Made by a program: the position numbers and the translations under genes. From positions 53,940,001 to 54,004,000 of the forward strand of contig OX597815.1 of NCBI GenBank assembly GCA_951406725.2: DNA of 64,000 nucleotides, given 5' to 3'. This DNA comes from Octopus vulgaris. Its lineage: Eukaryota. The notes beneath the pieces were generated by a model. The model was not told the origin of the DNA, searched no databases, and was given only the letters and a program-made list of their open reading frames with translations. This document shows positions 29,170 to 43,547 of the stretch, piece by piece (the first letter of the stretch is position 1; every line of letters starts with the position of its first letter).

Positions 29170-29964
29170 TATATTCATCTTATGTTATAGCAGCATCAGA
29201 CTAATAAGCATCCCGTAAAATTACTCTGGAAGATGGGAATAACAAGCGGTAGCCGGAAAAATAGCATAGGAGCTTTTCATTCCACGCACTCAAAATACGT
29301 TTTACATAAACGAACTTAAAGGAAACACACACACATATGAATTGCATATTTCCCTCCTAATTTCATTCACAAAGCAATAATAAGCCAGAGGTTATTAGTA
29401 GAAAACACTAGCAAAAGGTGCCACTCAGTAAAGCCTAATCCGATAATATATGGTTGCCTAGTGAATTCCTTATCCATATAGCCATACCTGCACTTGCAAT
29501 AAGTACAACTCCTGAATCTAAAGCTAGTTGCCTAATGGGAAATAATCCACCTTTCTTTACATTAATCGTGTACTTGAATACTCGCTTGTACATATACAAT
29601 ACTAGTTGTTCCTTTATATGCATTAGAAGAAGTATAAGAATTTATATTAAATTTATGGCGTTAATATAATATTTGAATTAGAAATAGCAGTGGATAACAA
29701 AATAAGGTGATCATTACGTGAAATTACTTGTAATTCACGTTGAAATTCAAGTTTCAAATTTGCTGTTTATCAGTTCAGGGTTGCTAAGAAGAGACTATAT
29801 GTTGCTTTCACCGACAGTTAGAATTGTTTTTAAATGGAGTAGCGGCTAGAGAATCGAGAAAGCGCTGAGTAAAAGATGTTGTGGTATTCATTGTATATCG
29901 CTGCATGCTCAAGTTGAAATCTCTTGAGACAGGCTGTGCGTTTTACATCACCGTTACTGATATA

Positions 29965-31204
29965 CGAGGGACGTTCAATAAGTAATGCCCCTGACCCACT
30001 TGCAATTGTTTTATCTAGCTGAAAGTTTGCATGTGCAATTATTCATATCTCTACAGATTAAGTGGCAAATTACAGCTTTGAACTAATTGTGGTGTCTGAT
30101 TTACAGGTGTTTGAACTGAGTCAAGTGTGAAATGGAGCCTGTTGAGTGTCGAGCAGTGATCCGGTTTTTGTATTTGAAAGGATGCACACGACGGGAGACT
30201 TTTGATGAAATGAAAGTAACTCATGGTGATGATGCCCCATCATATGGCCTAGTAAATCACTGGCATCGTGAATTCAAACATGGTCGGAAACAACACCCAG
30301 ATCTGGTCGTCCCACCTCTGCCATTGATGAGGCATCTGTCTGTCAAGTTGAGGCTGCCATTTTGGAAGATCGACGCATAACTATTCGCCAAATAGCTCAT
30401 TAGTACCGGGTCTGTGAAAACTATCATTCATAACCATTTCCAGGTTGCTCACACCTTTCCAGAAGCAAGAATGCGTCGAGTGCTCGAGGATGAATTTGGA
30501 GATGTGCCAAGAAGATGAGTCAAAATTTTTCAAAAGACTGTCTACACAGGATGAAACCTGCGTCCATCACTATGATCCAGAGAGCAAAGCCCAGTCAATG
30601 AAGTGGAAGCACCGTGACTCACCTCCTCCAAAGAAGGCAAGGGTGCAGCCCTCCGCTGGCAAGGTCATGCTCACAGTCTTCTGAGACCAGGACGGAGTAG
30701 TGATGACAGATTTCCTGGCAAAGGGTACCACATTTACAGGAGCCTATTATGCTTCACTTTTGAGGAAATTAAGAGAAGCTATCAAAATCAAGAGGCGGGG
30801 CAAGATCAGCAAAGGCTTCCTCTACCTGCAGGACAACGCTCCGGTCCACAACTCGCGTGTCGCCAGATCAGAAGCACAGGCGTGCGGCTATGAACTCCTC
30901 CCCCATACCCCCTACTCTCCTGACCTTGCACCCTCTGATTTTCACCTCTTCCCAGCCATGAAGTTGTTTTTGAAAGGAAAGCGTTTCCCAGATGATGCAG
31001 CCTTGATTTCTGAAGTCACGTCGTGGTTGGAGGACCAAGCTGGGGTCTTCTACAAAAACGGTCTTCAGAGCTGCATCAAACGATGGGAGAAATGCATAAC
31101 TCTGGGTGGTTCCTATGTAGAAAAAGATTAATAACTGTGCCAAGTTTCGTTTCTCTACTGCAATGGGAAGTGGGTCAGGGGCATTACACATTGAACGCCC
31201 CTCG
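29965..31204 (+). mobile_element. Full-length mariner (DD34D) transposon, 1240 bp, TA TSD, irritans-like termini
   Basis: TA|cgagggacgttcaataagtaatgcccctgacccactt ... aagtgggtcaggggcattacacattgaacgcccctcg|TA. Confidence 0.95.
30132..31131 (+). pseudogene. Mariner transposase pseudogene (frameshifts, internal deletion, stop at 30682-30684)
   Basis: MEPVECRAVIRFL (HTH), TQDETCVHHYD, AGKVMLTVF, LQDNAPVH, YSPDLAPSDFHLF; 34 residues between the 2nd and 3rd catalytic Asp. Confidence 0.93.
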
Positions 31205-32141
31205 TATGTTGTAGTTAAACATTTAAAATCAATCCAACCTAGTCGTCAATTCTAAATGAGTGGCTTTGTATCTGAGAACCGGCATCAAGAAACAATGAGT
31301 GGTACTTCAGGCAGATTCAGCCTTATAAAAACAAAACATGATTTCACTTTAACTAATATTGTTGAATATTCTTTTCGTTTAATTGCAACTCAAATGAGTA
31401 TGAAGCCACGTCTGCCATTGTCAGAAATCAATATTTAAAAACTTGGCTGATCTGTAAATTTGGCAGAAATGTTAGGATGCCAGGATTAGTATTTTGGTCT
31501 TATTCCTTTGTACTCAAAGTACAAATTCTGCAGTCTTTGACTTTATAATTAAGTAACAGTAATAATACACTGCAAATATATAGTCGATTATCTTTCCTCT
31601 ACTGGAGAAATTGTCCTTGTCCTAAATCTAAACAAATCAATATTTTGCAGGTGGGGAAGAAGCACATCGGATAAGCAGAACAGTTCACAAAGTGAGCTAA
31701 TCAATGGTCATATTCGATCAGCTGTTGTTGGTTTGTTACTATTTTTACTTTGGTAATAGCACAAGAGAAATATAGACAAAGGCAAATTAGTTTCTCTAAC
31801 GCAATAAATTTCTTAAATAAATCAAAAAGGCAATAATTATTTTTTTTAATAAAAGAATACAAAATGTATTTTGTTTTGAATGTGGGAAATATAATGTATG
31901 GTGTATTTCAATTATCAGTAGCTTAGTTAGCATGTTTCTTTCCCATAAAGTCCATAAATTACAACAAACTATTAATTTACTAAGATCAATTTAATCGAAT
32001 CGAAAAAAGAATGCCTCCCTTGCCCTCGAGTTCGGCAATAACTATACATCATTTACAGGAAGGCCAACACAGCATATGTCATGCTATAAATAAATGAACA
32101 AATAACTACACTTATATTTACAAGCACATTCATACATACAT

Positions 32142-33538
32142 CCGCACTTGCCCTTACATCTCCAACACCACCCTCCTCACCAGCACCCATCATCGACCCT
32201 ATCGCATCATCGACTCTTTCACCTGCACCTCCAGCAACATCATCTATTGCATCTCCTGCTCTCTCTGCCATTCCCTGTACATCGGACAAACGGGACGCCG
32301 CTTGGCTGACCGGTTCGCGGAACACCTCCGAGACATCCGCCTCAACAATGACACCCCAGTCTCACGCCATTTCCGCTCCAACGGTCACTCCTTGCAACAC
32401 CTGTCTGTGTTTGGATTGTCCTTGCACAGAGGCCATTCGGACTCCCGTTTGCGCCGTGAACAGGGATTAATCTTCTCTCTTCGCTCTTTTACGCCTTTTG
32501 GGCTCAACTCTCCTCTCCTTTTCATCTAACATCCTCCCCGACTCCTACTTCTCTTCACTCCTACATCTTTTCACCCCTACTCTCTTTCCCTCTATTCCCT
32601 TACTCTCTTTCTCTCTTCTCTCTCTCTGCTCCCTCACTCTCCTTCTCTCCTCTCTCTCCCCTCCCTCCTCCTTCTTCCCACCCAGCTCTCCTCTCTTTCC
32701 CAGACTCCTACTTCTCTTCACTGCTACTTCCCTTCATTCCAACTCTCTTTCCCTCTTACTCTCTTTCTCTCTTCTCTCTTACTCTCTTTCTCTCTTTCTC
32801 TCCCCTCCTTCCCTCTTACTCTCTTCTTCTCTTCTCTCTTTCTCTCTTCTCTCTTTCTCTCTTTTCTCCTCCTCTCTCTCCTCACATACTCACCTTCCCC
32901 TCCCCCCAAAAACCCACCCATCACTACATATCCCTACTCCACCTTCCCTATCCTTCCCATCCCCCATCCTATCCCACACCTCTCCCCCACATACCCCACC
33001 TCTACCCCCACCCTCTGCCTACCCACAAACCCCAACTCTACCCCAACCCCCAGCCAAACCCACACCCCACCCGTGCTTTCCCCACTCTCACCTCCCCCAC
33101 CTCCCAACAACATCACACCACGCTACATCATACAATATTACACATCACATCACAACACACCACCCACACACCCATCCCCACACCTTCACACCTACACATA
33201 CATACACGCACACGTGCAGACCACCAGCCCTCTTTCACACGCACATACATGCTCTCTTATACACACACGCACCTTTGTGTTGGGCGTCATCTTTACCTTG
33301 TTATCTCCCCTACTTTCCTTCCTGCGTTTGACCCTTCTGTCCGGCACTAGTCGCCATGATAGATCGTTAGCCACTACACACATTTTTTTTCTCTCCTTGT
33401 TTTTTTCTATGTCCCTTTCTGTAGAAGAGCGTAGGCTAGAAACGTAAAATACTTTTTTCTGTTCCTAAGCGTTATACTAATACATCTGTTTGTTTTGTAC
33501 ACCACCAGTCTTCGTCTTTTGTTTTTTTCGTAAACTCT

Positions 33539-33541
<3 letters not shown>
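32142..33541 (+). mobile_element. 5'-truncated Penelope-like element (Neptune-like): GIY-YIG C-terminus, CT/C-rich 3' region and pseudo-LTR ending at (TA)n
   Basis: Open frame 32143-32529: RTCPYI...FTCTSSNIIYCISCSLCHSLYIGQTGRRLADRFAEHLRDI...VSRHF...REQGLIFSL..FTPFGLN. Confidence 0.88.
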
Positions 33542-33588
<47 letters not shown>

Positions 33589-33607
33589 ATACATGCATAT
33601 ATACATA

Positions 33608-33660
<53 letters not shown>

Positions 33661-35348
33661 CAAAAGAAAAAACAGGGCGTGTGCATATATGCATATATAG
33701 ACAGGAACTTGAATGAACCTCTGCGGGCGCATACATGTTGATGTATGCATGTGTTTGTTCGTGTATGGATTTCACTGTATATGTGCACACATGTACTTAT
33801 ACATATGTATATGTATGCATATAGACACACATATATATATATGTGTGTATGTGTATATAAGGGTGTAAGGATGAGTATATATATGTCCATGTGTGTATGT
33901 ATGTGCGTATATGTATTATATATATATATATATATATGCTTTTGTATGTGTGGGTCTATGGATGTGTACGCGTATGTATAGTTACATGTCTGTGTGTGTA
34001 TCTACGGGTGCGGGTGTATATATTTTTTTTCTTGGTTTCTTTTGGGGGTGTATGTGCGAGTGTACATATAAATATGCATATATGCATATATGTGTATATG
34101 CATGGAGATTTACTTCCTTATGTATGTGTGTATGTGCGTGTGTGCGTATATGTACGTATGTGCGGGGGTTCTTGTACCCAGCTACATACACTTTTTTTCT
34201 GTATGTATGTGTATATTGAGATATTTATGTATGTACGCATATACGTATACAAGTGTGTAGATGTGCGGGCTCGGTATATGTACGTGTGTGTATGTATTTA
34301 TATGTATACGAGTACGTGTGCAGAGGGGTGTATGTGTATATGTATATATGTATTTAGTTTGTGCGAGTTTGGGTTTCTGTGCGTAGCGGTATGTATGTGT
34401 ATGCATATCACTATCGGTACTTTCACACGGGTGTGTGTATGTATATATCTGTGTGGGTGTGTATGTGTATGCATGCATGTATGTGTGTACATGTTGACTG
34501 ATAACAATACGATCCCAAACATTTTATGAGAAAGCAAATAAACTATTTAGCCACACACCAACTTGGAGCAGACAACTTATATTGACCATCCGCTTGGTCC
34601 CCAGATAATTAAGTTCTAATTTATGACACCCACCAGTACATCCTTAAGCTTCACTAACCGTAATATTCCTTTCTGTACCTTACTTTATCTTTACGTCCAC
34701 CCTTTTATTTCTTTACCCCTTTATATTTCTTTTTCCCTTTATATTTTATTTTTATTTTTTATTTTTTATCCTTATTTTTCGTCTTTATTTTTTAGCTTCT
34801 TTATCTTTATTTAGTTATATTTAGATTTCCATGTTTTTTCACGTCTTTGTATATTTATATACTTATATACTTTTTATATTTTTTTTTTATATTTTAAATT
34901 TTTACTCTGTTATTACTTTCTGCACCTACTACTTCTCCTCTTTGTGATCCCAAACTCATTAAAGATTCACCCCCTCCATCTCCTTCCCTCTTTATCTCAA
35001 CATCCAACCTCCTCATTCCATATCGAGTGAAAAACGGTATGGACGCTTTGTTTTTGCTTTGGTGTCTCGCTCTGCTGTATACGAATATGAGGATTTGCAT
35101 CCCCAACGAAAATCGTCTTTTTCTCAAACTTATAATGTAATACATGTCCTTGGTGTGGTAAATGAAGGCTATTGATATACATATTACATCAATTATGCAT
35201 TGATATAAACTGTCTAATAAAGGCCAGAAACATATGTACCGCTAAATCTTTTGCATCCTGTTTTTCTTTTGATAAATATACTCTATCACCTACACCACTA
35301 ACTGGCATATACAGGTGCTTACAGTTATTAAGTATTCACCCTGAATTT

Positions 35349-35390
<42 letters not shown>

Positions 35391-35393
<3 letters not shown>

Positions 35394-35628
35394 GCACTCT
35401 GCCGGTTACAACGACAAGGGTTCCAGTTAATCCGATGAACGGGACAGTCTACACACGTGAACCCTTAACATAGTTTTAGGGAAATTCAACATGACACATA
35501 GTGTGACAAGGCTGGCCCTTTGAAATACAGATACTACTCATTCTTGCCAGCTGAGTGGACTGGAGCAACGTGAAATAAAAGTCTTGCTCGAGGACACAAC
35601 GTGCCGCCAGATATTGAACTTATGACCA
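35391..35628 (-). mobile_element. SINE family D copy (head missing)
   Basis: Minus strand gttgtgtcctcgagcaagac..ttatttcacgttgctccagtccactcagctggcaag: a conserved SINE central-domain-like body after a B-box-like gttcaatatc. Confidence 0.65.
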
Positions 35629-35799
35629 TACGTCTGATATATCCATGTGTATGATAAACATATACTTGATCTTCTTGTGAAGTCATGTCCCATGTGTAAA
35701 TGCAAAATCTTTCTTCAAAGTGGAATGCAAAACGAACACACTAGCTCCATCGTATTTACTACGATTTACTAGGTTTTCCCTAATTCCCTATTTCAACAA

Positions 35800-36850
35800 G
35801 ATTTCAATTAGATAATAGTAAAGAAAAATGGATCGAAATGGATCTTCAATATGCACCATTAGCCTCACCCTTTACATACTTTCATTAAAAACAATTGTGG
35901 TACATTAAATATTCACAAGCATTCGATCTTGTCTGACATGTAAATCTTCTCTCAAAACTTCCATCCTACGGCTCCATCCATCTCTTATCTTTTCTTATGG
36001 TAGCTTACAGTATTGAAGCAGTTCTTTCTATTCCACCCTCAACAAAATCTGGTATGCCCCAGGATTAAGGTCGTCTCCCATCACTTCCTTCTATGACCTT
36101 ATTGCTGTCATGTCCAACAACACTAACACGTGCAAATTATAAAGACTACCATTAGCTCCCAAACGTTCCTCAACCATGATCTACAGAGAGTTTAAACACT
36201 ACACGTCTAACCTACACTTATCCATGGACGGTGATTTATTAGGGCTGCACCTATCCTGTGTCTTCTACCAAGAAAAGAACTCAAGTATACTCGTAGCAAG
36301 AGAACACAAACTTATTTCCAGGCATGAGCTGCACTCAGCTCAAGACCATGATGTTGACTCTGAAATTTTGGACCTCATTATTATCGTGAACATCTGACAA
36401 ATACACTTTGTCAATATAGCTACGAACACCTCTCAAAGACTGGTCCTTCTCTTCAGCCATAACCTCAATTATTCATGACCCTCTAGAAAGTTCATCTGAC
36501 ATACGCAAAAGGTAATAGTTCCTACATTTGGAACGGTACTGTTCCTATGAACACAGACATTCGGGACTGAAACCAGAGGAGAAGAGTCACTCAACAAGTT
36601 TGCATTAAATCATTCACAGTCACGCTCCATTTTCTGGTCCGCAAACATCCCTTGTCTCTGCTTTTGTGTCGCTACAACAATGACATCCATTTCACGGAGC
36701 GAACTGGTAACGAACCTCCATACTCCGGTACATCCGAGTGTCTTGTTAATCTACATCTTCTCACCTTTGTTTTCAAGATCTCCGGTAGCACACTTGAAAT
36801 TGTAACCATTTCTTCTTTCCCAGAACTCAGAACTTCTGCAATCGTCTCGC
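35800..36850 (+). mobile_element. Degenerate CR1/Jockey-group LINE RT remnant
   Basis: AFDLV*HVNLLSKLPSYG (~35918) and SGMPQG (~36048); boundaries approximate. Confidence 0.55.
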
Positions 36851-37134
36851 AGCACGTGTCTTTTGTGCTGATATTAGTTTGGATCAATTAAAACGTAACG
36901 TTAACTACAACCATTAACCACCGTTGGAGGGTTTGTAATGATCATCGTCAGTAAGACACAATGGAAATAAAGAATGAGCGACGAACACATATATTAGAGC
37001 CTATATCACGTATTTCTCTGAATGAACTTGTGTGCACGATCTTCAGGCTACAACCTTATAACGCAATCTATAGAGAGGTTAACTGAGTAAGCCACCGGCA
37101 TATAGAATCTGACATACATACATACATACATACA

Positions 37135-37166
<32 letters not shown>

Positions 37167-37818
37167 AACAAACATACACATATACATACATACATAGTTA
37201 TACATTTCATACTCAAACATATATGAGTAGATGTACACATATACGTTGATTATGTATTTTTGTATATACATATGTATACATGAATGTTTCTGCATTATTG
37301 CATATATCTGTATATAAATGTGAGTGTGCACGCACGTGTATATGCGTTTGCATCATACACAACACATTCACACGCATATATATTCTTGTTTATACGTGTG
37401 TACGTGTATATATAATAATATGTCCGTATTCGTCTGATGATATTACATTTTTATTCTCATATTTTTTGCCTCGTATACAAGTACTGACTACTTTATCCTA
37501 AGTTTCTTGCACTATCATAAATTAATCAGTTTCTTTGCCTATAAGGGACTCTCTGGCTTTGCTGACAACTCTGTTGGTATATGTATAATACAACTACCGA
37601 TAGCATGTGTGTGTGTGTATTTGAGGAAACAAACAGGAAAATAGAACCCAAAACGTAAATATATAAATACATATTCTACCAAACGTTACAGAGCGACTCA
37701 AGAACCAAGATTTTCGTTGTATGGCATTTATCAAACTTTATTTATGAAAAAATGCCAATGCACAATAATCTGGGCTTTTTCATCCATTCTGTAACTTCTA
37801 CCAATTAATACATGCGTT

Positions 37819-37871
<53 letters not shown>

Positions 37872-39110
37872 ACATACACCCACATACACACGCACGCACA
37901 CGTGAATTCACTGCGTGTTGCTTTTGATGTTTAGCACCAGGTAAACCACAACTGATTAGAAATATGACCACAAGTTTTCCAGGTATGGCATCCCCTCCTG
38001 TCTGATATTACCCAATATATCCTTTACACATAATATAGAAAGGACTATATTATCCCACAGCCTATTTTCCATTTGATATCTTCGTCATATTCTGAAGTGA
38101 TTAACAGCCAGGAGGAATATAACTGCTAAGAAAGAATGTGACCAGTGCTACAACTTGACAATATTTGATAACGTCTATTATGGAAGATGAAAACAACATT
38201 ATTTTCACCAGGATCGATCCCAGAATGTAGAAACATTACAAACTGGTACACTTGTTACGCCTTTATAGTTCCTAACATATATGTCTGGGGAAGAAAAATA
38301 TTCAATTTGATCCTACTTTCTTTATCTATCTAGAGATTTCCACAGAGACATGGAGTCTCGGAAAGTAAATGGATGTAAAGCAATTTGTTCTGCACTCGAC
38401 CGATATCAGGCATCAACTCGAATGTTATAAGGTTACTCTTAATAGTAATAAATCTAGTATCTAGAAGCTTGAGCTGAATTTCATTGTAAAGGTCACTAAA
38501 ACTTGGATATCAGCAGAACAGAATGACTGCTTTGATTCTGAGGAAGAAGCAAACATATTTAGGTGGGCCTTTCTATTAGTTAACATAAACATAACATCAA
38601 CAAAAATGAAATAAAGTTCTTAGAAAAGTCAACTGACAACCTACTAATGCAGAGCCAAATAATCTGTCCCTTCGGTTCTTTTTCCTCCAATATCTTCTTT
38701 GTTTAACATGCGAAATCTGATTACTTGTTGATGTTTTTTTTTCTTTTCTAACCAGTCACTATTTTTCTTTTCAACGTAATTGACAGCTAAACAACTCCAA
38801 ATTAATTCGTGAAAGTCGGGCATTTAAAAAAAAAATTCTTTATCTCAGCTCTCAATATTTCATTCTGATCACGTGAATATTTGTGTTAGCCATCGATTAT
38901 TTTCTTTCTTTTTGCATATTTTCACTTTATTCTTCTGATTTTGATTGTCCTCTTGTTCTTTTTGTGCTCATTCAGCGTTTTACTCCAATAATTTTCTGTT
39001 TTCTATTGTTTTCTTTCATTTTCTAAATCTCATCTCATTTTTCTTGTTTCACTATTCTTCTTAAGCTTCTTTCTCTTCTCTTCCTTCTTCATTCTTCTAC
39101 TTCTTTCTTT

Positions 39111-39345
<235 letters not shown>

Positions 39346-40162
39346 TGCTGCTGCTTCCGGTGAAGCCACCGCGGGTCCGGTTTCAAAGATATAGTCAAAT
39401 AATACGTCCTCAACATCAGACGGCGATTTTCTGTGACATATGCAAAATTTGAGTTAAAAACATAGGTGCAGACGTAATTTGCACAAAGTACTATGTCAGG
39501 AGCAATCCAATAACCACACCCATTTTTAAAGTTTTACTTTACTATCTCTTCAGTTTCTTTCTCTTACTGTATTTTCTGTTACCAGATATCTATTCTGCTC
39601 CATAAATATAATGTTTAATATAAAATGTAATACAATATGATTTAAATTAAACTACAGATGTAATTTTTCCATTTCAGGAGATTTCAATATATAATGACTA
39701 TGAAAGCAACCAGCCAGCCATCCGTCCATCCGTACGTATCTACATACATACATACATACATACACACATACATACATACATACATACATACATACATACA
39801 TACATACATACATACATACATACATACATGCATGCATGCATGCATACATACATACATACATACATACATACATGCATGCATACATATATATAATATATAT
39901 ATAATTTACGTTTCTATGTCTAGAAAGGTTAATGCAATTATATCCGATAAATATTTACCATTTTCCTTGCAACAAGAAATACATGTTTCCTGCTGCCGTA
40001 TTAACATAAATACCATCTATATCAGCTTCATGTAAACATAGAAATATTACATACGTATCTTTATATTCAATAAAATTGAATTTAGCTCTATCAGTCTCGC
40101 CTCCCACCCATAAACACACACAGACACACACATATATATATATACAATGATATATGTATATA

Positions 40163-40227
<65 letters not shown>

Positions 40228-40235
40228 ATACATAA

Positions 40236-40415
40236 CGGGAAGCTTTATGAAAATAAACAAAAGACGAAGGCAGGTGGAATACAAACAAACAATTGTATTA
40301 GTATGGCGCTCAGGAATATGAATAAAACAAGTCTTTTACGTTTCGAGCCTACGCTCTTCAACAGAAAGATACACAGAAGAGAAACACAGAAAGAAACAAG
40401 GAGAGAAAAAAAACA
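40236..40415 (-). repeat. PLE pseudo-LTR-like repeat, family C (best hammerhead-like variant at 40332-40369)
   Basis: Reverse complement of 33390-33541; next to (TA)n. Confidence 0.8.
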
Positions 40416-40514
40416 TATATGTTTGCATGTTTATATATATGTGCATGCGCATATAGATATATATGTATACGCGTAATCTTATTTAAGTTTATATCTGTAT
40501 GTATGCGTGACTCT

Positions 40515-40750
40515 TTTTCTTGTTTCAGACATTTGACTGTGGTCATGCTGGAGCACCGCCTTTATTCGAGCAACTCGACCCCAGGACTTATTCTTTGTAA
40601 TCCTAGTACTTATTCCATCGGATCTATTTGCCGAACTGCTAACTTGTGTGGACGTATACACATCAGCATCGGTTGTTAAGCAATGTTGGGGAGACAAACA
40701 TACATACAAACATACACACACATACAAACATACACACACACGCATATATA

Positions 40751-40801
<51 letters not shown>

Positions 40802-40966
40802 GACGGGCTTCTTTCAGTTTCCGTCTACCAAATCCACTCACAAGGCTTTGGTCACTCACAAATCCACTCACAAGGCTATAGTAGAAGACACTACTAGAGT
40901 GAGACTTAACGCGGGACCATTGTGTTTCGTAAGCAAGCTACTTACCACACAGCCACTCCTATGCCT
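40515..40966 (-). mobile_element. tRNA-derived SINE family A copy
   Basis: Reverse complement of 50845-51240; internal (TA)n; local duplication of aaatccactcacaaggct. Confidence 0.9.
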
Positions 40967-41230
40967 ATATATATATAAATTATGCACAGTTATATGACTA
41001 TGGATATTATGCATAGTTAAATAACGTAGGTTGCTATCTCACTATGCCATCTCATTAATAATACTATGAGAAAGTTATATACATCGATATAAATTTAAAT
41101 AAAGAAAAACAAAACACGGATGAAACAAGTCTACGACAGTTCATAGCTACAGGCACATCAATATCATAGAGATCAATAGAAGATACCAAGAGACGATTTG
41201 CTAATATATACAACAGAACTTCATACATTC

Positions 41231-41261
<31 letters not shown>

Positions 41262-41267
41262 TGTATG

Positions 41268-41298
<31 letters not shown>

Positions 41299-41366
41299 GT
41301 ACTACGTATGTATGCATGTGTGCATGTATGCACGTACGTACGTATGTATTATGTATGCATATATGC

Positions 41367-41508
41367 AAGATTGGAGCAATCTCAAGATTAATCAGCCGAA
41401 ATTGCGAGGATGATCCGGTTCTTGACTGAGGATAAAGGGTTTCGAATGACCCGTCCTTGTTTTTTTACTATCGTCTATCTGGATGTTTTGTCGTCTCTTT
41501 TTGTATTT

Positions 41509-41512
<4 letters not shown>
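41367..41512. repeat. Interspersed repeat family E (second copy 43217-43342), ending at (TA)n
   Basis: agattggagcaatctcaagattaatcagccgaaattgcgag...ctgaggataaa...cgaatgacccgtccttg is shared by both copies. Confidence 0.85.
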
Positions 41513-41570
<58 letters not shown>

Positions 41571-41910
41571 ATATATATATAGATATGAGTGTGTATATAT
41601 GCATGTATGAGTGTGTATGTATGTATCTATATATAGTGATCTATTTATATACAGAGATTGACAATACTTTTCATGCTATGACAGCGAATAGATTTTGTAT
41701 TTCTCACAAATAAATATTAATGATTGCGGGATATTTCGTGCAACTTAGAAAATACATGTTATCTCATTTTAAAGAACACACACCACACAAGCAGAAAAAT
41801 AAGAAAATAAAAAACATGCACAAACACACATGCACTCGCACACACACACACGCGCGCATGCACACACAAACACACATACATACTGTTGAAAGAAGTCCTC
41901 TGCTCATGTC

Positions 41911-42249
<339 letters not shown>

Positions 42250-42414
42250 GAGATAGGGGTTGTAAATGCAACCCTCCATGGGATAACATATATCCAATTT
42301 ACCGCTAGTTAAGTACCCAACAAAGTTAATACATAAATGTTAATAATTGCGATGCAATTAATTCACTTACTGTATTATATGGGCAAAGGTAAAATGTTTT
42401 ACCATAAATTCATA

Positions 42415-42837
42415 ATACAAAATAAGAAAATGGAGAAATACATCTAAATCAAATATCGATTACCAGATAATACCTAATCACATACTTTATTAAACCACCA
42501 CATAAGAAACTGTAAGGACAAACTGTAAGGCCTTAGGATATTTTTGTAAATGTCTCATTTATAACTACGAGACATGCTAATCTGCAAGGCCGAAACAGCT
42601 GTAAGATGTAGTCTATATCTATACTTATATTCACTTATTTTTATATTATCTTATACATATTGTACTTACTGTATAACATTACTCCTTTATGTACACTCCT
42701 TTATGTACACTATTTTGTTCTACTTTATGTTTGTCCTTACAGTTTCTTATGTGGTGGTTTAATAAAGTATGTGATTGGGTATTATCTAGTAATCGATATT
42801 TAATTTAGATGTATTTCTCCATTTTCTTATTTTGTAT
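42415..42837. mobile_element. Inverted-repeat element (109-bp arms) holding the 3' half of a hammerhead; PLE pLTR-like
   Basis: Arms 42415-42523 and 42729-42837; internal ggcctt..aaggcc-GAAA-CAGCTG-TA at 42529-42603. Confidence 0.75.
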
Positions 42838-42968
42838 ATATATATATATATATATATATACATACATGCATACATCGATATACTTCCCTCTTCCGTAAGG
42901 TTTAATTTCCACACACGCCAGCTGAACTCAATTCGCCCCACTCGGAAGACGCCTGTTGTTATGTCTTG

Positions 42969-43095
<127 letters not shown>

Positions 43096-43359
43096 ATTTT
43101 CGTATTTATATTCGTGTAACATCGTCTGTTTTCCCGTCTTTGTTTTCGTATACATTCGATGCTTTTTTTCCAAGGAATCTAATGCTGTTAGCTTAGTTTT
43201 TCCTTGTGGCTGGCCAGATTGGAGCAATCTCAAGATTAATCAGCCGAAATTGCGAGTATGATCCGGATCTTGACTGAGGATAAAATGTTTCGAATGACCC
43301 GTCCTTGCTGTTTTAGTATCGTCTATCTGGATGTTTTGTTGTCCTTTTTTGTATTTTAT

Positions 43360-43413
<54 letters not shown>

Positions 43414-43447
43414 TGTATGTATATATATATATATATATATATGCATG

Positions 43448-43479
<32 letters not shown>

Positions 43480-43515
43480 ACTAGATAGATAGATAGATAG
43501 ACAGATAGATACAGA

Positions 43516-43547
<32 letters not shown>

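Noticed and set aside
32498-33331. 277-aa Ser/Leu/Pro-rich ORF
   Set aside because: Low-complexity C/T tract that lacks stops by composition; lies in a PLE 3' region.
41420-41460. ctgagga...cgaatgacccgtc as a hammerhead (also ~43273)
   Set aside because: GAAU instead of GAAA, and no convincing stem I or stem II.
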